Assembly: GCA_963667725.2 (NCBI GenBank)
Contig: CAXXHO010000001.1
Location: 34,362-98,361 of the forward strand
From: Treponemataceae bacterium
GTDB taxonomy: Bacteria; Spirochaetota; Spirochaetia; Treponematales; Rectinemataceae
Direction: 5' to 3'
DNA length: 64,000 nucleotides
Below the pieces are notes generated by a model that was given only the letters and a program-made list of their open reading frames with translations, did no database searches and was not told where the DNA came from. The position numbers and the translations under genes were made by a program. Below are positions 16,362 through 25,517 of the stretch, piece by piece. How positions within the stretch are numbered: position 1 is the stretch's first letter; each line of letters starts with the position of its first letter.

Positions 16362-18107
16362 ATGGGAAAATTCCTGCTTCCGCTCTGCTTGATTGCATTC
16401 ATGGCCCTTCCCGCCCACATTTTCGCCCTGCCAAGCCTGGGTCCCGCCGAGATCTCCCAGGAGATGATTCCCCTCTCCTCGCCGATTTACGATGAAATGG
16501 ATGCGCTCTATCTGGTCCTCGGCGCGGGAACGCCCTCGAATGACCGGCCGTGGAGCAAGACCGAAGCGAACCTGATTCTGTCGCGCATCGAGAGGGCGGC
16601 GCTGAGTCCGTCGGAATCGCGGCTTTACGACACGCTGAGGGCGGAGATCGCGCCTGGCCTGAAATTCGCCTTCAGGGACGGCTTCGGTTTCGGCGCCGCG
16701 CTGACTGCCAGTTTCGAGGCTTACTCGCACAGCAACACCGAGTACGACCTGGAGTCGGACTGGATCTACGGCTTCGAGCAGCGCGCGCCCATGGCGAAGG
16801 TTTCGCTCGACTTCTCGATAAAGGATTTCTTCTACACCTACTGCGACATGCAGTACGGGCGCAACCGCTTCAACATAGCGGACGACCTGTTCGTGGCCAC
16901 GACGCGCTACGGCGCCGGAATCGGCGCGATCATAGACCCCACGGACGTAAACGCGATCCTCGGCGCCCATTCGTCCATCTACAGCCAGCCCTTCCTGACC
17001 AACATCCTCGAACACAGCATCGATTTCGATTTCCAGTGGCCCAAGAGGGCGGTGTCGGCCATCGGCGGGGCGAACTGGAACATTTCCCTCTCCCGCGACA
17101 AGCTGAGCTGGGGAAACGGCCACTCGGGCAACTTCGTGGTGGATGACCACGTCGACTATCAGGAGTTCGCCAGACTCGTCGCCTTCACCGATGCCTTCAA
17201 ATACGATTTTCTCAACATTTTCCTCGACACGAACACTTCGCCTGGCGAGACTCCCGACAGCGAGTTCAAGCTGCTCATGGCGCATCGGCTGGAATTCAGG
17301 ATCCTCAAGGGGCTTTCCTTCGCGATCTCGGAAAACGTGATGTACCAGAACACGGTCTTCGACTTCAGGTACCTCAATCCGGCCTTCATCTACCACAATT
17401 TGAACAACAGCAGCATCTTCAACGCGATCGCGCACGCGGAGCTCGATTACAGCTTCGCGAAAGGCTTCAATCTCTACGCGCAATTCGTGATGGATCAAGC
17501 GAGAGCGCCGAACGAGGGAACCGCCCAAGCCGACGCCAAGGGCTATATGGGCGGCATCGAATACGCCTCCCTGATCGGCCCCGGCATCTTCACCTCGTCA
17601 CTCGAGCTGGTGTCCACCGATCCAGTGCTCTACCGCCGCGAAAAAGTGGATTTCCTGATGTTCCGGAAATATTTCACCAACGGCAACCCCGGCGGTCCGG
17701 GCTATGTCCTAAGCCTGGACTATATCGGCTACCAGTACGGCGGAGACGCCCAGGTGCTGCAGTGGGATGCCGCCTACCGCCATCCCGGCAGGGGAACCGT
17801 GGGCCTGAGGCTCTTCGGGATGCGCCACGGCGAGATGAATTTCTTCAAGTCGCACAACTCCGGCGGCAATAACGCCGGCTACGCGGACTACGCGGGAACG
17901 ACCCCGTCCGGCGACCTGATCGCCGAGACCATAGCCGCGAGCCTGATGGGAGAATTGCAGGCGCCGAGGTTGCTTTCCTGGGCCGAGGCCAAGCTCTGGG
18001 CGGAGCTGGATTGGATCAACCGCAGAACCTGGACGAAATCGACCGACAGCCGCACGGCCTGGAGCGCCGATCTGCAGCTGAGCGCCGGCTGCTCGCTGAC
18101 GCTCTAG
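16362..18107 (+). CDS. Exported Wzi-like putative outer-membrane beta-barrel, paralog 3
   Basis: Clearly homologous to paralog 1: RDKLSWGNGHSGNFVVDD, HRLE, TDPVLY and IGYQYGGD; RBS GAGG. Confidence 0.7.
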   Translation: MGKFLLPLCLIAFMALPAHIFALPSLGPAEISQEMIPLSSPIYDEMDALYLVLGAGTPSNDRPWSKTEANLILSRIERAALSPSESRLYDTLRAEIAPGLKFAFRDGFGFGAALTASFEAYSHSNTEYDLESDWIYGFEQRAPMAKVSLDFSIKDFFYTYCDMQYGRNRFNIADDLFVATTRYGAGIGAIIDPTDVNAILGAHSSIYSQPFLTNILEHSIDFDFQWPKRAVSAIGGANWNISLSRDKLSWGNGHSGNFVVDDHVDYQEFARLVAFTDAFKYDFLNIFLDTNTSPGETPDSEFKLLMAHRLEFRILKGLSFAISENVMYQNTVFDFRYLNPAFIYHNLNNSSIFNAIAHAELDYSFAKGFNLYAQFVMDQARAPNEGTAQADAKGYMGGIEYASLIGPGIFTSSLELVSTDPVLYRREKVDFLMFRKYFTNGNPGGPGYVLSLDYIGYQYGGDAQVLQWDAAYRHPGRGTVGLRLFGMRHGEMNFFKSHNSGGNNAGYADYAGTTPSGDLIAETIAASLMGELQAPRLLSWAEAKLWAELDWINRRTWTKSTDSRTAWSADLQLSAGCSLTL

Positions 18108-18138
18108 CCCGACGCCCCGCCGACGCCCCGCGACCACC

Positions 18139-19797
18139 TCAATACCTCCAGAGGACGCCGCCGGAATAGAGGAAGAACTGCTGGGAGTTCCCTAAAACAT
18201 TCCGGTAATTCGCGTGATTCCAGTACTGGACGCTGGCGTTCACCTCGAAGCCCTTGGGAAGGGGCCATGTCCCTTTCAGGGAGACGCAATGGCTCAGCTG
18301 GTCGGGAAGCGCTCGGATGGCCGCGAGCGTGGTGGACTGCGTGATGTCCGTCCGCGTGTCGTAGTCGTAGTAGATGGGATTCCCGTTCGCGTCCATCATG
18401 CCGAGGTAGATCGGCCCCTTGATCAGGTACTCATAGCCCAGCTCGGCGGTCGCCCCCGTGGGCAGGCTCGCGCTCACGAAGACGCCCAGATGCTTGGCGT
18501 CGGGACCGTAGGCGAAACCGAGCGGCCAGTCCGTCGCCCAGCTCGGGCCCTGGATATGGCGGTCGTACATGGTGAGGTAGGGCTGCCACCGGCAATAGGC
18601 CCACTCGTTCGCGTAGGTATATTCGCCTCCCACGGTCAGGATGAGGCCGTCCGCCGGCTTGAACGAATAGCGGCCTCCCGCCTGCCAGGCGAACTGGGCG
18701 GGCTTGCCGCCGCTCCCCGCCTCGTCGCCGACGAGAAAGTCGTCCACGGTGACTTCGCCGAAAAGCTGCAGCCCGTCGAGAGGCACGGCCGCGGCGCTCA
18801 GCGTCAGCATGACATTGGTGAAGCCCGCCGAATAGGCGTTGTGGAAAAAAGAGGTCGGAAGGATGTCGAGGAGGCCGGGAACCTTGCCTCCGATCATGGC
18901 CATCTCGGCCACGCCGAAGCGGAACCTGTCCCAGAACCGCGCCTCGACCTGGTGATAGGCGTACACCTTGACCGCTTCCATCTCGGGGACGAAGTCGTGG
19001 TCGTTGATGGGATCCCAGGGGTTGATGCTGTTGTTCGCGGCGTCGTAGTCGTCCCTGAGCCGGTATTGGATGGCCGCCTCGGATTGATCGAGGAAGGTCG
19101 ACGATGTCCCGATGATCGAGGTGAAGCGGAAATTCTCATTGCCGAGGGCGCCCTGGACGTGGTCGTAATACTCGGACTTCGAGCTAAGCAGGGTGTTGCT
19201 GAAATGCCCGTCGCCCAGGCCCGACTTGAAGCGCCCCGCCGCGATCCAGGCATTCTTGCCGCCCGCGGAAACCCAGCCTTCCTGCGGAAATTTCCAGAAC
19301 ATCAGGTATCGGAGCATCGCGTCAAGGTTCCAGGGGGCGATGAGGGAGAGATCATTGGCTCCCACGTAATTCTGCCGCATCGAGAGGTCGATCTTGACCT
19401 TGCCGGCAAAGGAATCGCCGAGCGACATATCCGCCCCAAGCTCAAGGAAGAGCGGCAGGCCGTCGAGGAAATACAGGAGGGTGGGATCGGAATCCGGGGA
19501 CAGGCCATAGGTCTGGATGCCGGTGACGCCGGTCACGGCGGCGGGGTCGAGGGAAAAAAGGAGGCGGCTCCTGAATTCGGGGGATTTCGCCAGGCGGCTT
19601 TCGCAGCCGAGGATTTCCGCCGCCTCGTTGCCCGAGAAGACGAAGCCGTTGGTGACGGGGACTTTGCCCGCCATGATGTATTCCGCGATAGCCCTGGCGA
19701 TGTCGGGATCGTCCCGAAAAGCCAGCTGGGCGCCTTGGGCTCCAAGGCGGCAGACCAGACCAAGCAGCAGGAAAAAGCCATAGAGCAAGCGCTTCAT
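18139..19797 (-). CDS. Exported Wzi-like putative outer-membrane beta-barrel, paralog 4
   Basis: Signal peptide; GRFKSGLGDGHFSNTLLS, HQVE, FGEVTVDDF and LGFAYGPD; ends VLWRY. Confidence 0.65.
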   Translation of the reverse strand: MKRLLYGFFLLLGLVCRLGAQGAQLAFRDDPDIARAIAEYIMAGKVPVTNGFVFSGNEAAEILGCESRLAKSPEFRSRLLFSLDPAAVTGVTGIQTYGLSPDSDPTLLYFLDGLPLFLELGADMSLGDSFAGKVKIDLSMRQNYVGANDLSLIAPWNLDAMLRYLMFWKFPQEGWVSAGGKNAWIAAGRFKSGLGDGHFSNTLLSSKSEYYDHVQGALGNENFRFTSIIGTSSTFLDQSEAAIQYRLRDDYDAANNSINPWDPINDHDFVPEMEAVKVYAYHQVEARFWDRFRFGVAEMAMIGGKVPGLLDILPTSFFHNAYSAGFTNVMLTLSAAAVPLDGLQLFGEVTVDDFLVGDEAGSGGKPAQFAWQAGGRYSFKPADGLILTVGGEYTYANEWAYCRWQPYLTMYDRHIQGPSWATDWPLGFAYGPDAKHLGVFVSASLPTGATAELGYEYLIKGPIYLGMMDANGNPIYYDYDTRTDITQSTTLAAIRALPDQLSHCVSLKGTWPLPKGFEVNASVQYWNHANYRNVLGNSQQFFLYSGGVLWRY

Positions 19798-19899
19798 TGT
19801 TTCCTCCCTCTCGATTCGGTAAGTGTCGGCCTTTCTTCCGATTCCGTCAAACGGGGAATCCCCTTATGCGGAAGGCGCCAAAGCGCTAAAGTAGGGCGC

Positions 19900-20163
19900 A
19901 TGAGCATCTTCGAAATCATCATGCTGGTTTGCTTCGGGGCCGCTTGGCCTTTCTCGATCTATCGCTCCTACCGATCGCGAGCGACGGGCGGCAAGAGCGT
20001 GTTCTTCCTGCTCGTCATCCTGGCCGGCTATGTCGCGGGCATCGCCAACAAGCTTTTCTACCGCTTCGACAATGTCGTCTACCTGTACGTCCTCAACTTC
20101 GCCATGGTGAGCGTCGACACCGCGCTCTGGTTCCGCAACAGGAAGCTCGAGAAGAAGTCCTAG
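19900..20163 (+). CDS. Small 3-TM PQ-loop/SemiSWEET-like membrane protein (87 aa)
   Basis: MSIFEIIMLVCFGAAWPFSIYRSYRSRATGGKS..., the end of ORF 18214..20163. Confidence 0.7.
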   Translation: MSIFEIIMLVCFGAAWPFSIYRSYRSRATGGKSVFFLLVILAGYVAGIANKLFYRFDNVVYLYVLNFAMVSVDTALWFRNRKLEKKS

Positions 20164-20197
20164 CGTACTTTTGCGCGCTTTCGGCCGGACTGACCGC

Positions 20198-20230
20198 TTG
20201 ACAGGTTTATTGATAATGATTATCAATATC
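20198..20230 (+). promoter_or_regulatory. Fur box overlapping the promoter of fur-feoAB
   Basis: TTGACA at 20198. Perfect 7-1-7 TGATAAT-G-ATTATCA at 20211-20225. 20212-20230 matches the classical 19-bp Fur box at 17 of 19 positions. Confidence 0.88.
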
Positions 20231-20247
20231 AATACCAAGGAGCGGAC

Positions 20248-20706
20248 ATGAACGAAGAGCGCGACCTGTTCGAGCGTTACCTGCGGACCAAGGATCTGAA
20301 GATGACCTCCCCGCGGGAGACGGTGCTCCAGGCTTTCCTGGCCACTGAAGGCCACTTGAGCGCCGAGGACGTTCTCGCGGCGGCGCGGCGGATCGATCCG
20401 GGCATCGGCCAGGCGACGGTTTTCCGCACGCTGAAATTGCTGCAGGAGGCCGGTCTGGCGCGCGACGCCTGCGCCTGCACCGACGAGGGGCCGCGGCGCT
20501 ACGAGCACGCCTACCACCACAGCCATCACGACCACCTCCTCTGCATCCGCTGCGGGAAGCTCGTCGAATTCTTCGATCCGGCGATCGAGAAGGCGCAGGA
20601 GAAGGTCTTCAAGAAATATGGGTTCAAGGCGATCGGACACATGATGGAGCTCAAGGGGCTCTGCGCCGAATGCACCGATGCGGTGCGCGATTCCCTCGGC
20701 AAGTGA
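20248..20706 (+). CDS. fur: Fur family transcriptional regulator
   Basis: HLSAEDV, ATVFRTL, HHSHHDHLLCIRCG and a C-terminal CAEC. Confidence 0.92.
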   Translation: MNEERDLFERYLRTKDLKMTSPRETVLQAFLATEGHLSAEDVLAAARRIDPGIGQATVFRTLKLLQEAGLARDACACTDEGPRRYEHAYHHSHHDHLLCIRCGKLVEFFDPAIEKAQEKVFKKYGFKAIGHMMELKGLCAECTDAVRDSLGK

Positions 20707-20735
20707 TCGGGCGACGATTGGATAGGAGCCAACAA

Positions 20736-21026
20736 ATGCAGCTTTCGGAGTTGAGGCCCGGCGCCTCGTTTCGGGTGGGAAGGGTTATGGTGGGTGGAGA
20801 GATCGGCAAGCGCCTCGCCGATATGGGATTCACCGAGGGCGCCGAGGGCGAGCTGATCCGCAGCGCCTTTTTGCGCGGGCCGGTGCAGATCCGCATAAGG
20901 GGCTATGATCTTTTGATTCGGCGCTGCGAGGCGCGGCTCATAGAGGTCGAGGCTGCGGGCGGCGGCGCCACACAGACAGGACAAGACAGGATCGGCCGGG
21001 ACGGCGGCCAGGGAAGGCCCGAATGA
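20736..21026 (+). CDS. feoA: Ferrous iron transport protein A
   Basis: RLADMGFTEG...GPVQIRIRGYDLLIRRCEA; RBS AGGAG; upstream of feoB. Confidence 0.88.
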   Translation: MQLSELRPGASFRVGRVMVGGEIGKRLADMGFTEGAEGELIRSAFLRGPVQIRIRGYDLLIRRCEARLIEVEAAGGGATQTGQDRIGRDGGQGRPE

Positions 21027-23248
21027 GGACGATCAGCGTAGCCCTGGCGGGCAATCCCAACGCGGGCAAGACCAGCCTTTTCAACGCCATCACCGGCGCG
21101 CACCACAAGGTGGGGAACTACCCCGGCGTTACGGTGGAGAAGCGCGAGGGCATCCACGACTTCCGCGACACGCGCTTCAGGATCATCGATCTGCCGGGCA
21201 TCTACAGCCTGACCGCCTATTCGCTGGACGAGGTCGTGGCGCGCGATTTCCTCCTGGAGGAGAAGCCGGACATCGTCGTCGACGTGATCGATTCGACGAA
21301 TCTGGAGCGCAACCTCTACCTCTGCCTGCAGTTCCAGGAGCTGGGGATTCCGGTGGTCGGCGCGCTCAACATGTCGGACGAGGCCGAGGCGAAAGGCCTG
21401 CGCATCGACGCGGCCCTGCTCTCGAAGACGCTGGGCATTCCCCTCGTCAAGACGGTCGGGACGAACGGCGAGGGCGTCGAGGGCCTCCTCGAGGCGGTGC
21501 TCGCCGCGATTGCGTCGCCCGCGGTAGCGGCGCCCGCGGCAGCGGCGGCCGGGGCAGGGAATGTCCAGGGCGACGCCTCCGCCGCCGGGGCGGCGCCGCT
21601 GAAGATGCCCCACTATGGCGACGAGATCGAGTCGCGGCTTGGCCCGCTGACGGAGGTTATCGCCTCGGACAAAGCCTTCGCCGGGCGCTATCCCGCGCGC
21701 TGGCTGGCAATCAAGCTGCTGGAGAACGATACGAACGCCGCGGAAAAGCTGGCCTCCCACACGCGGGGAGCCGAAATCGGCGTACAAGCCGCAGCCGACC
21801 GAGTGTGGTTGGCGAAGCATTTCGGCAGGGAAGCGGAGATCATCGTGACCGAGCAGCGCTACGGCTACATCCGCGGCGCGATCAGGGAAGCGGTGAGACA
21901 GACGCCCGTCAGCCGCGTGCCGCTGACCGAGCGCATCGACCGCATTCTGATGAACCGGGTCCTCGGCCTGCCGATCTTCTTCCTGATCATCTGGGGCATT
22001 TTCAAGCTGACCTTCGCGCTGGGCGAGTACCCCGCCGCTCTGCTCGACCGCTTTTTCACGCTGGTGGCGGAAGGCGCGGAGCGGATCATCCCCGCGGGGC
22101 TTCTGCGCTCCCTGGTCGTCGACGGCATCATCCAGGGCGTGGGCGGCGTCTTCTCCTTCGTGCCCCTCATCGTCCTACTCTTCCTCGCCATCTCGATCCT
22201 CGAGGATACCGGCTACATGTCGAGGGCGGCCTTCCTGACGGACAAGATCCTGCACGCCTTCGGGCTCCACGGGCAGTCCTTCATGCCGCTGATGCTCGGC
22301 TTCGGCTGCAGCGTGCCGGCGATCATGGCCACGCGCACGGTGAAGAGCCCCAAGGACCGCATCGCGACGATCCTTGCCGTGCCCTTCATGAGCTGCGGCG
22401 CCAAGCTGCCGGTCTACGTGCTGCTGGCGGGCACCTTCTTCCCCGAGCACGCCGACAACGCCGTCATGCTCATCTACCTGGCGGGCGTCCTCCTTTCGCT
22501 GGCGTCCACGATATTTCTCCGCAAGACGGTGCTCAGGGGTGAGACGACCCCCTTCGTGATGGAGCTGCCGCCCTACCGCAGGCCGACCTGGCGCGGCGTG
22601 TTCTGGCATGTCTGGGGCAAGACGCTCAATTATATAAAGAAGGCGGGCACGGTGATCCTGGCGGCCTCGGTCCTGATATGGGCGCTCACCACCTTCCCGG
22701 CGCCCAGGGACGAACCCGCCAAGGCCGAGGCGCTCCGCGCCGAGCTTTCGGCGGGCATGGCGGAGGCCGAGGCGAACGCCTCTACTGAGGCGAGCGCCTC
22801 TATTGAGGCGAGTGTCCAGGCGGCGGTCGACGCGGCCCTCAGGGAGTACCGCCTCGAGTCGAGCGCGGCGGGAGCGATCGGCAAGATGATGACGCCGATC
22901 CTGAGGCCGCTGGGATTGAACTGGAAAGTGGGCATCGCCCTGATCCCGGGCTTCGCCGCCAAGGAGCTCGTCGTATCGACGCTCGGCATCCTCTACGGCA
23001 CGGACACGACGGACGTGGAGGAGACCGCCTCGCTGAAGGCGGCGCTCAGGCGCGATCCGGGCATGTCGCCGCTCGCGGCGGCGGTGCTGATGGCGATCAT
23101 CCTGATCATGCCGCCATGCTTCGCGAGCCTGGCGACGATCAGGGCCGAGGCTGGGGACAAGTGGATGATCTTCCAGGTGTTCTACGCGCTGGCTCTGGCC
23201 TGGGTGGTGGGCTTTATCGTGAAGCTCGTGGGCGGCGCGATCGCCTAG
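21023..23248 (+). CDS. feoB: Ferrous iron transport protein B
   Basis: GNPNAGKT, VGNYPGVTVE, DLPGIYSL, LGFGCSVPA and PFMSCGAKLP. Confidence 0.96.
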   Translation: MRTISVALAGNPNAGKTSLFNAITGAHHKVGNYPGVTVEKREGIHDFRDTRFRIIDLPGIYSLTAYSLDEVVARDFLLEEKPDIVVDVIDSTNLERNLYLCLQFQELGIPVVGALNMSDEAEAKGLRIDAALLSKTLGIPLVKTVGTNGEGVEGLLEAVLAAIASPAVAAPAAAAAGAGNVQGDASAAGAAPLKMPHYGDEIESRLGPLTEVIASDKAFAGRYPARWLAIKLLENDTNAAEKLASHTRGAEIGVQAAADRVWLAKHFGREAEIIVTEQRYGYIRGAIREAVRQTPVSRVPLTERIDRILMNRVLGLPIFFLIIWGIFKLTFALGEYPAALLDRFFTLVAEGAERIIPAGLLRSLVVDGIIQGVGGVFSFVPLIVLLFLAISILEDTGYMSRAAFLTDKILHAFGLHGQSFMPLMLGFGCSVPAIMATRTVKSPKDRIATILAVPFMSCGAKLPVYVLLAGTFFPEHADNAVMLIYLAGVLLSLASTIFLRKTVLRGETTPFVMELPPYRRPTWRGVFWHVWGKTLNYIKKAGTVILAASVLIWALTTFPAPRDEPAKAEALRAELSAGMAEAEANASTEASASIEASVQAAVDAALREYRLESSAAGAIGKMMTPILRPLGLNWKVGIALIPGFAAKELVVSTLGILYGTDTTDVEETASLKAALRRDPGMSPLAAAVLMAIILIMPPCFASLATIRAEAGDKWMIFQVFYALALAWVVGFIVKLVGGAIA

Positions 23249-23304
23249 GCTGGCGATGGCGGCGGGTGCGAGGGGGGCGGCGGGAGCCGCCCCCCTCGCC
23301 GCAT

Positions 23305-23715
23305 TCAGCGGCAGTGCGCCGCGATGCCGCTGCCGCCGTCGTTTTCGCGGCAGGACGCGCAGCAGCCGCTCGCGTAGAGCGTATGGCTGCGGATCGCCAC
23401 GCCCGTGTCGTCTTCCATTTCGCGGAGGATCGGCTCGACCCTGCAGGCACCCAGGTCCACGAAGCGGTGGCAGCGCTCGCAGTGGAACCAATGCCGATGC
23501 TGGGCTTTGCCCGAAACGTAGTAGCGCTCGGTGCCGTGGGCCTCGCAGTGGAGGACGAAGGACTCCGCGAGCCCCCGCTCCTCGAGGTAATGCAGGGAAC
23601 GGTAAATAGTAGCAGGGTCGCAGAGGCTCCCAGCGCGTTCCTCAACGTCGAGGGCGCAGAGCGGCGTTCCCGCCGCGTCGAGAATATCCTGGACAGCCTG
23701 TCTCGCCTTGGTCAT
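23305..23715 (-). CDS. Fur family regulator, probably Zur
   Basis: PATIYRSL, HRHWFHCERC and CASC; last gene of the znu operon; RBS GAGGAGG. Confidence 0.85.
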   Translation of the reverse strand: MTKARQAVQDILDAAGTPLCALDVEERAGSLCDPATIYRSLHYLEERGLAESFVLHCEAHGTERYYVSGKAQHRHWFHCERCHRFVDLGACRVEPILREMEDDTGVAIRSHTLYASGCCASCRENDGGSGIAAHCR

Positions 23716-23726
23716 GCGCCGCCTCC

Positions 23727-24566
23727 TCAAGCCTTCCGCCCGGCGCGGAGCGCCGAGACGGCGAGGAAGGTGGCCCCCGCCACCAGGACGACGATGGCTC
23801 CCGAGGGAAGGTCCAGCCCCCAGCTTATCGCGAGGCCGGCAACGGAGAAGGCCACCGAGAAAAGCGTGCCTATGGCCATCATGCCGGCGAGGTTGCGGGC
23901 GAAATAGCCCGAAGTTCCCGCCGGGAGGGTGAGCATGGCGATGACCATGACGATGCCGACGTAGGTCTGGAGGAGGACCACCGCGATGGCGGTGACTCCC
24001 AGAATGACGAGGAATACGGCGTCGGTGGAGACGCCCCGCGTGCGCGCGAACTCCTCGTCGAAGGCACTGGCCTCGATCTGGGGGTAATAGCGCCAGGCGA
24101 GGAAGATGACGGCAATGTCGAGGACCGCCAGCATGATGAGGTCGCGGGTCGACACCAGGAGGATGTTGCCGAAGAGGTAGCTCATGGGGTCGGCGTAGCC
24201 GGGGGTCTTGGCGATGAAGACGATGCCGAGGCTCATGCCGATAGCCCAGAGCGCGTTGATGACGGTGTCCTCGCGCTGCTTGGCCTTGAGCGAGACCAGG
24301 CCGATGAGGGCCGCCGATATCAGCGCGAAGACGAGGGCGCCAACGATGGGCGGCAGGCCGGGCACTATCTTTTTCGCCGACAGGTAGAGCGCCAGTCCTA
24401 TGCCGCCGAGCACCGCGTGGGATATGGCTCCGGCGAGGCCTGCGATGCGCTTCACGGTGACGACCGAGCCCAGGACGCCGAAGAGGATGCTCGAGAGGAT
24501 GCCGGCGATCAGGGCGTTGCGCACGAAGGGCATGGCGGGATCGAAGATGGCGGAGAAGAAGCTCAT
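23727..24566 (-). CDS. znuB: Zn/Mn ABC transporter permease
   Basis: AISHAVLGG, YLFGNIL, FDEEFA and VGIVMVIAMLTLP. Confidence 0.9.
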   Translation of the reverse strand: MSFFSAIFDPAMPFVRNALIAGILSSILFGVLGSVVTVKRIAGLAGAISHAVLGGIGLALYLSAKKIVPGLPPIVGALVFALISAALIGLVSLKAKQREDTVINALWAIGMSLGIVFIAKTPGYADPMSYLFGNILLVSTRDLIMLAVLDIAVIFLAWRYYPQIEASAFDEEFARTRGVSTDAVFLVILGVTAIAVVLLQTYVGIVMVIAMLTLPAGTSGYFARNLAGMMAIGTLFSVAFSVAGLAISWGLDLPSGAIVVLVAGATFLAVSALRAGRKA

Positions 24567-25492
24567 CGCTCGCCTCCTTGCGGCTCGGCATCGGTGTCGA
24601 CGGGGGCGCAGCTCGCGCAGCGCGCGTCGTCGGGCAGGTCGGTGTCGTGGAGGACCTGGAGGACGGCGCCGCCGTAGTGGCCCGAGGAGACATGTTCCAC
24701 CGGGCCCGAGGCGTGGCGCGTGACGCCGCCGGGAGCTTCCTCGCCGCCCCGGCCGTTGACGCAGAGCACCACGTCGGTGAGCGCGGAGACGAAATCCATA
24801 TCGTGCGTGGCGATGATAACCGTGGTGGAACCCTTGAGGGAGCCGAGGACGGCGTAGAGGCGGCGCTCGCTCTCCTCATCCATGTTCGCCGTGGGCTCAT
24901 CGAGGACGAGAAGGCGGGGCCTGGAGGCGAGGGCGCGCGCCACGAGGACGCGGCGGCGCTGCCCGCCCGAGAGGGCCGCGTAAGGCCGGTCGCGGAGATC
25001 GGCGACGTCGGCCATAGCCAGGGCGTCGTCGACGTCGGAGCAGCCGCCCTTCAGGCAATCGCGCCCCGTCCCGCTCAAGCGCCCCATGCGCACGACCTCC
25101 TCCACCGAGATGGGAAAGGCGCGGTCGAAGCTCATCGATTGGGGGACATAGCCCACGGCGCCGCGGGCAAGCTCGGGCGGCGCGCCGAAGACTTCGATCG
25201 ATCCCGCGCCCGGCCGGGCGAGCCCGAGGATGAGGCGGAGTATCGTGGTCTTCCCCGAGCCGTTGGGGCCGATCAGGGCGACGAACTCGCCTTCGTGAAC
25301 GTGGAAGGAGGCGTTCTTGAGCACCTCCGCCTCGCGGTGCGCGAAGTCGACGCCCAAAAAACGCACCGCGACGCGATGAGCGTCGCGAGCGGCACGATGA
25401 GCGTCGCGAGCGACCCGATGAGCGTCGCGAGCGGCGGCTTCGGAGGCGCCAGCCTCGGCCTGCCGCGCTCTATCGATTTCCAGGTTCATCAC
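24563..25492 (-). CDS. znuC: Zn/Mn ABC transporter ATP-binding protein
   Basis: GPNGSGKT, GYVPQ, LSGGQRRR and LDEPT; start is GTG 25492 or ATG 25489. Confidence 0.9.
   Translation of the reverse strand: MMNLEIDRARQAEAGASEAAARDAHRVARDAHRAARDAHRVAVRFLGVDFAHREAEVLKNASFHVHEGEFVALIGPNGSGKTTILRLILGLARPGAGSIEVFGAPPELARGAVGYVPQSMSFDRAFPISVEEVVRMGRLSGTGRDCLKGGCSDVDDALAMADVADLRDRPYAALSGGQRRRVLVARALASRPRLLVLDEPTANMDEESERRLYAVLGSLKGSTTVIIATHDMDFVSALTDVVLCVNGRGGEEAPGGVTRHASGPVEHVSSGHYGGAVLQVLHDTDLPDDARCASCAPVDTDAEPQGGER
25368..25430 (-). repeat. Three 21-bp in-frame tandem units encoding (ARDAHR[V/A])3
   Basis: GCGnnnCGATGAGCGTCGCGA occurs three times on the plus strand. Confidence 0.9.
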
Positions 25493-25517
25493 CGATCTCC
25501 TTCCATTATAAACGCGC

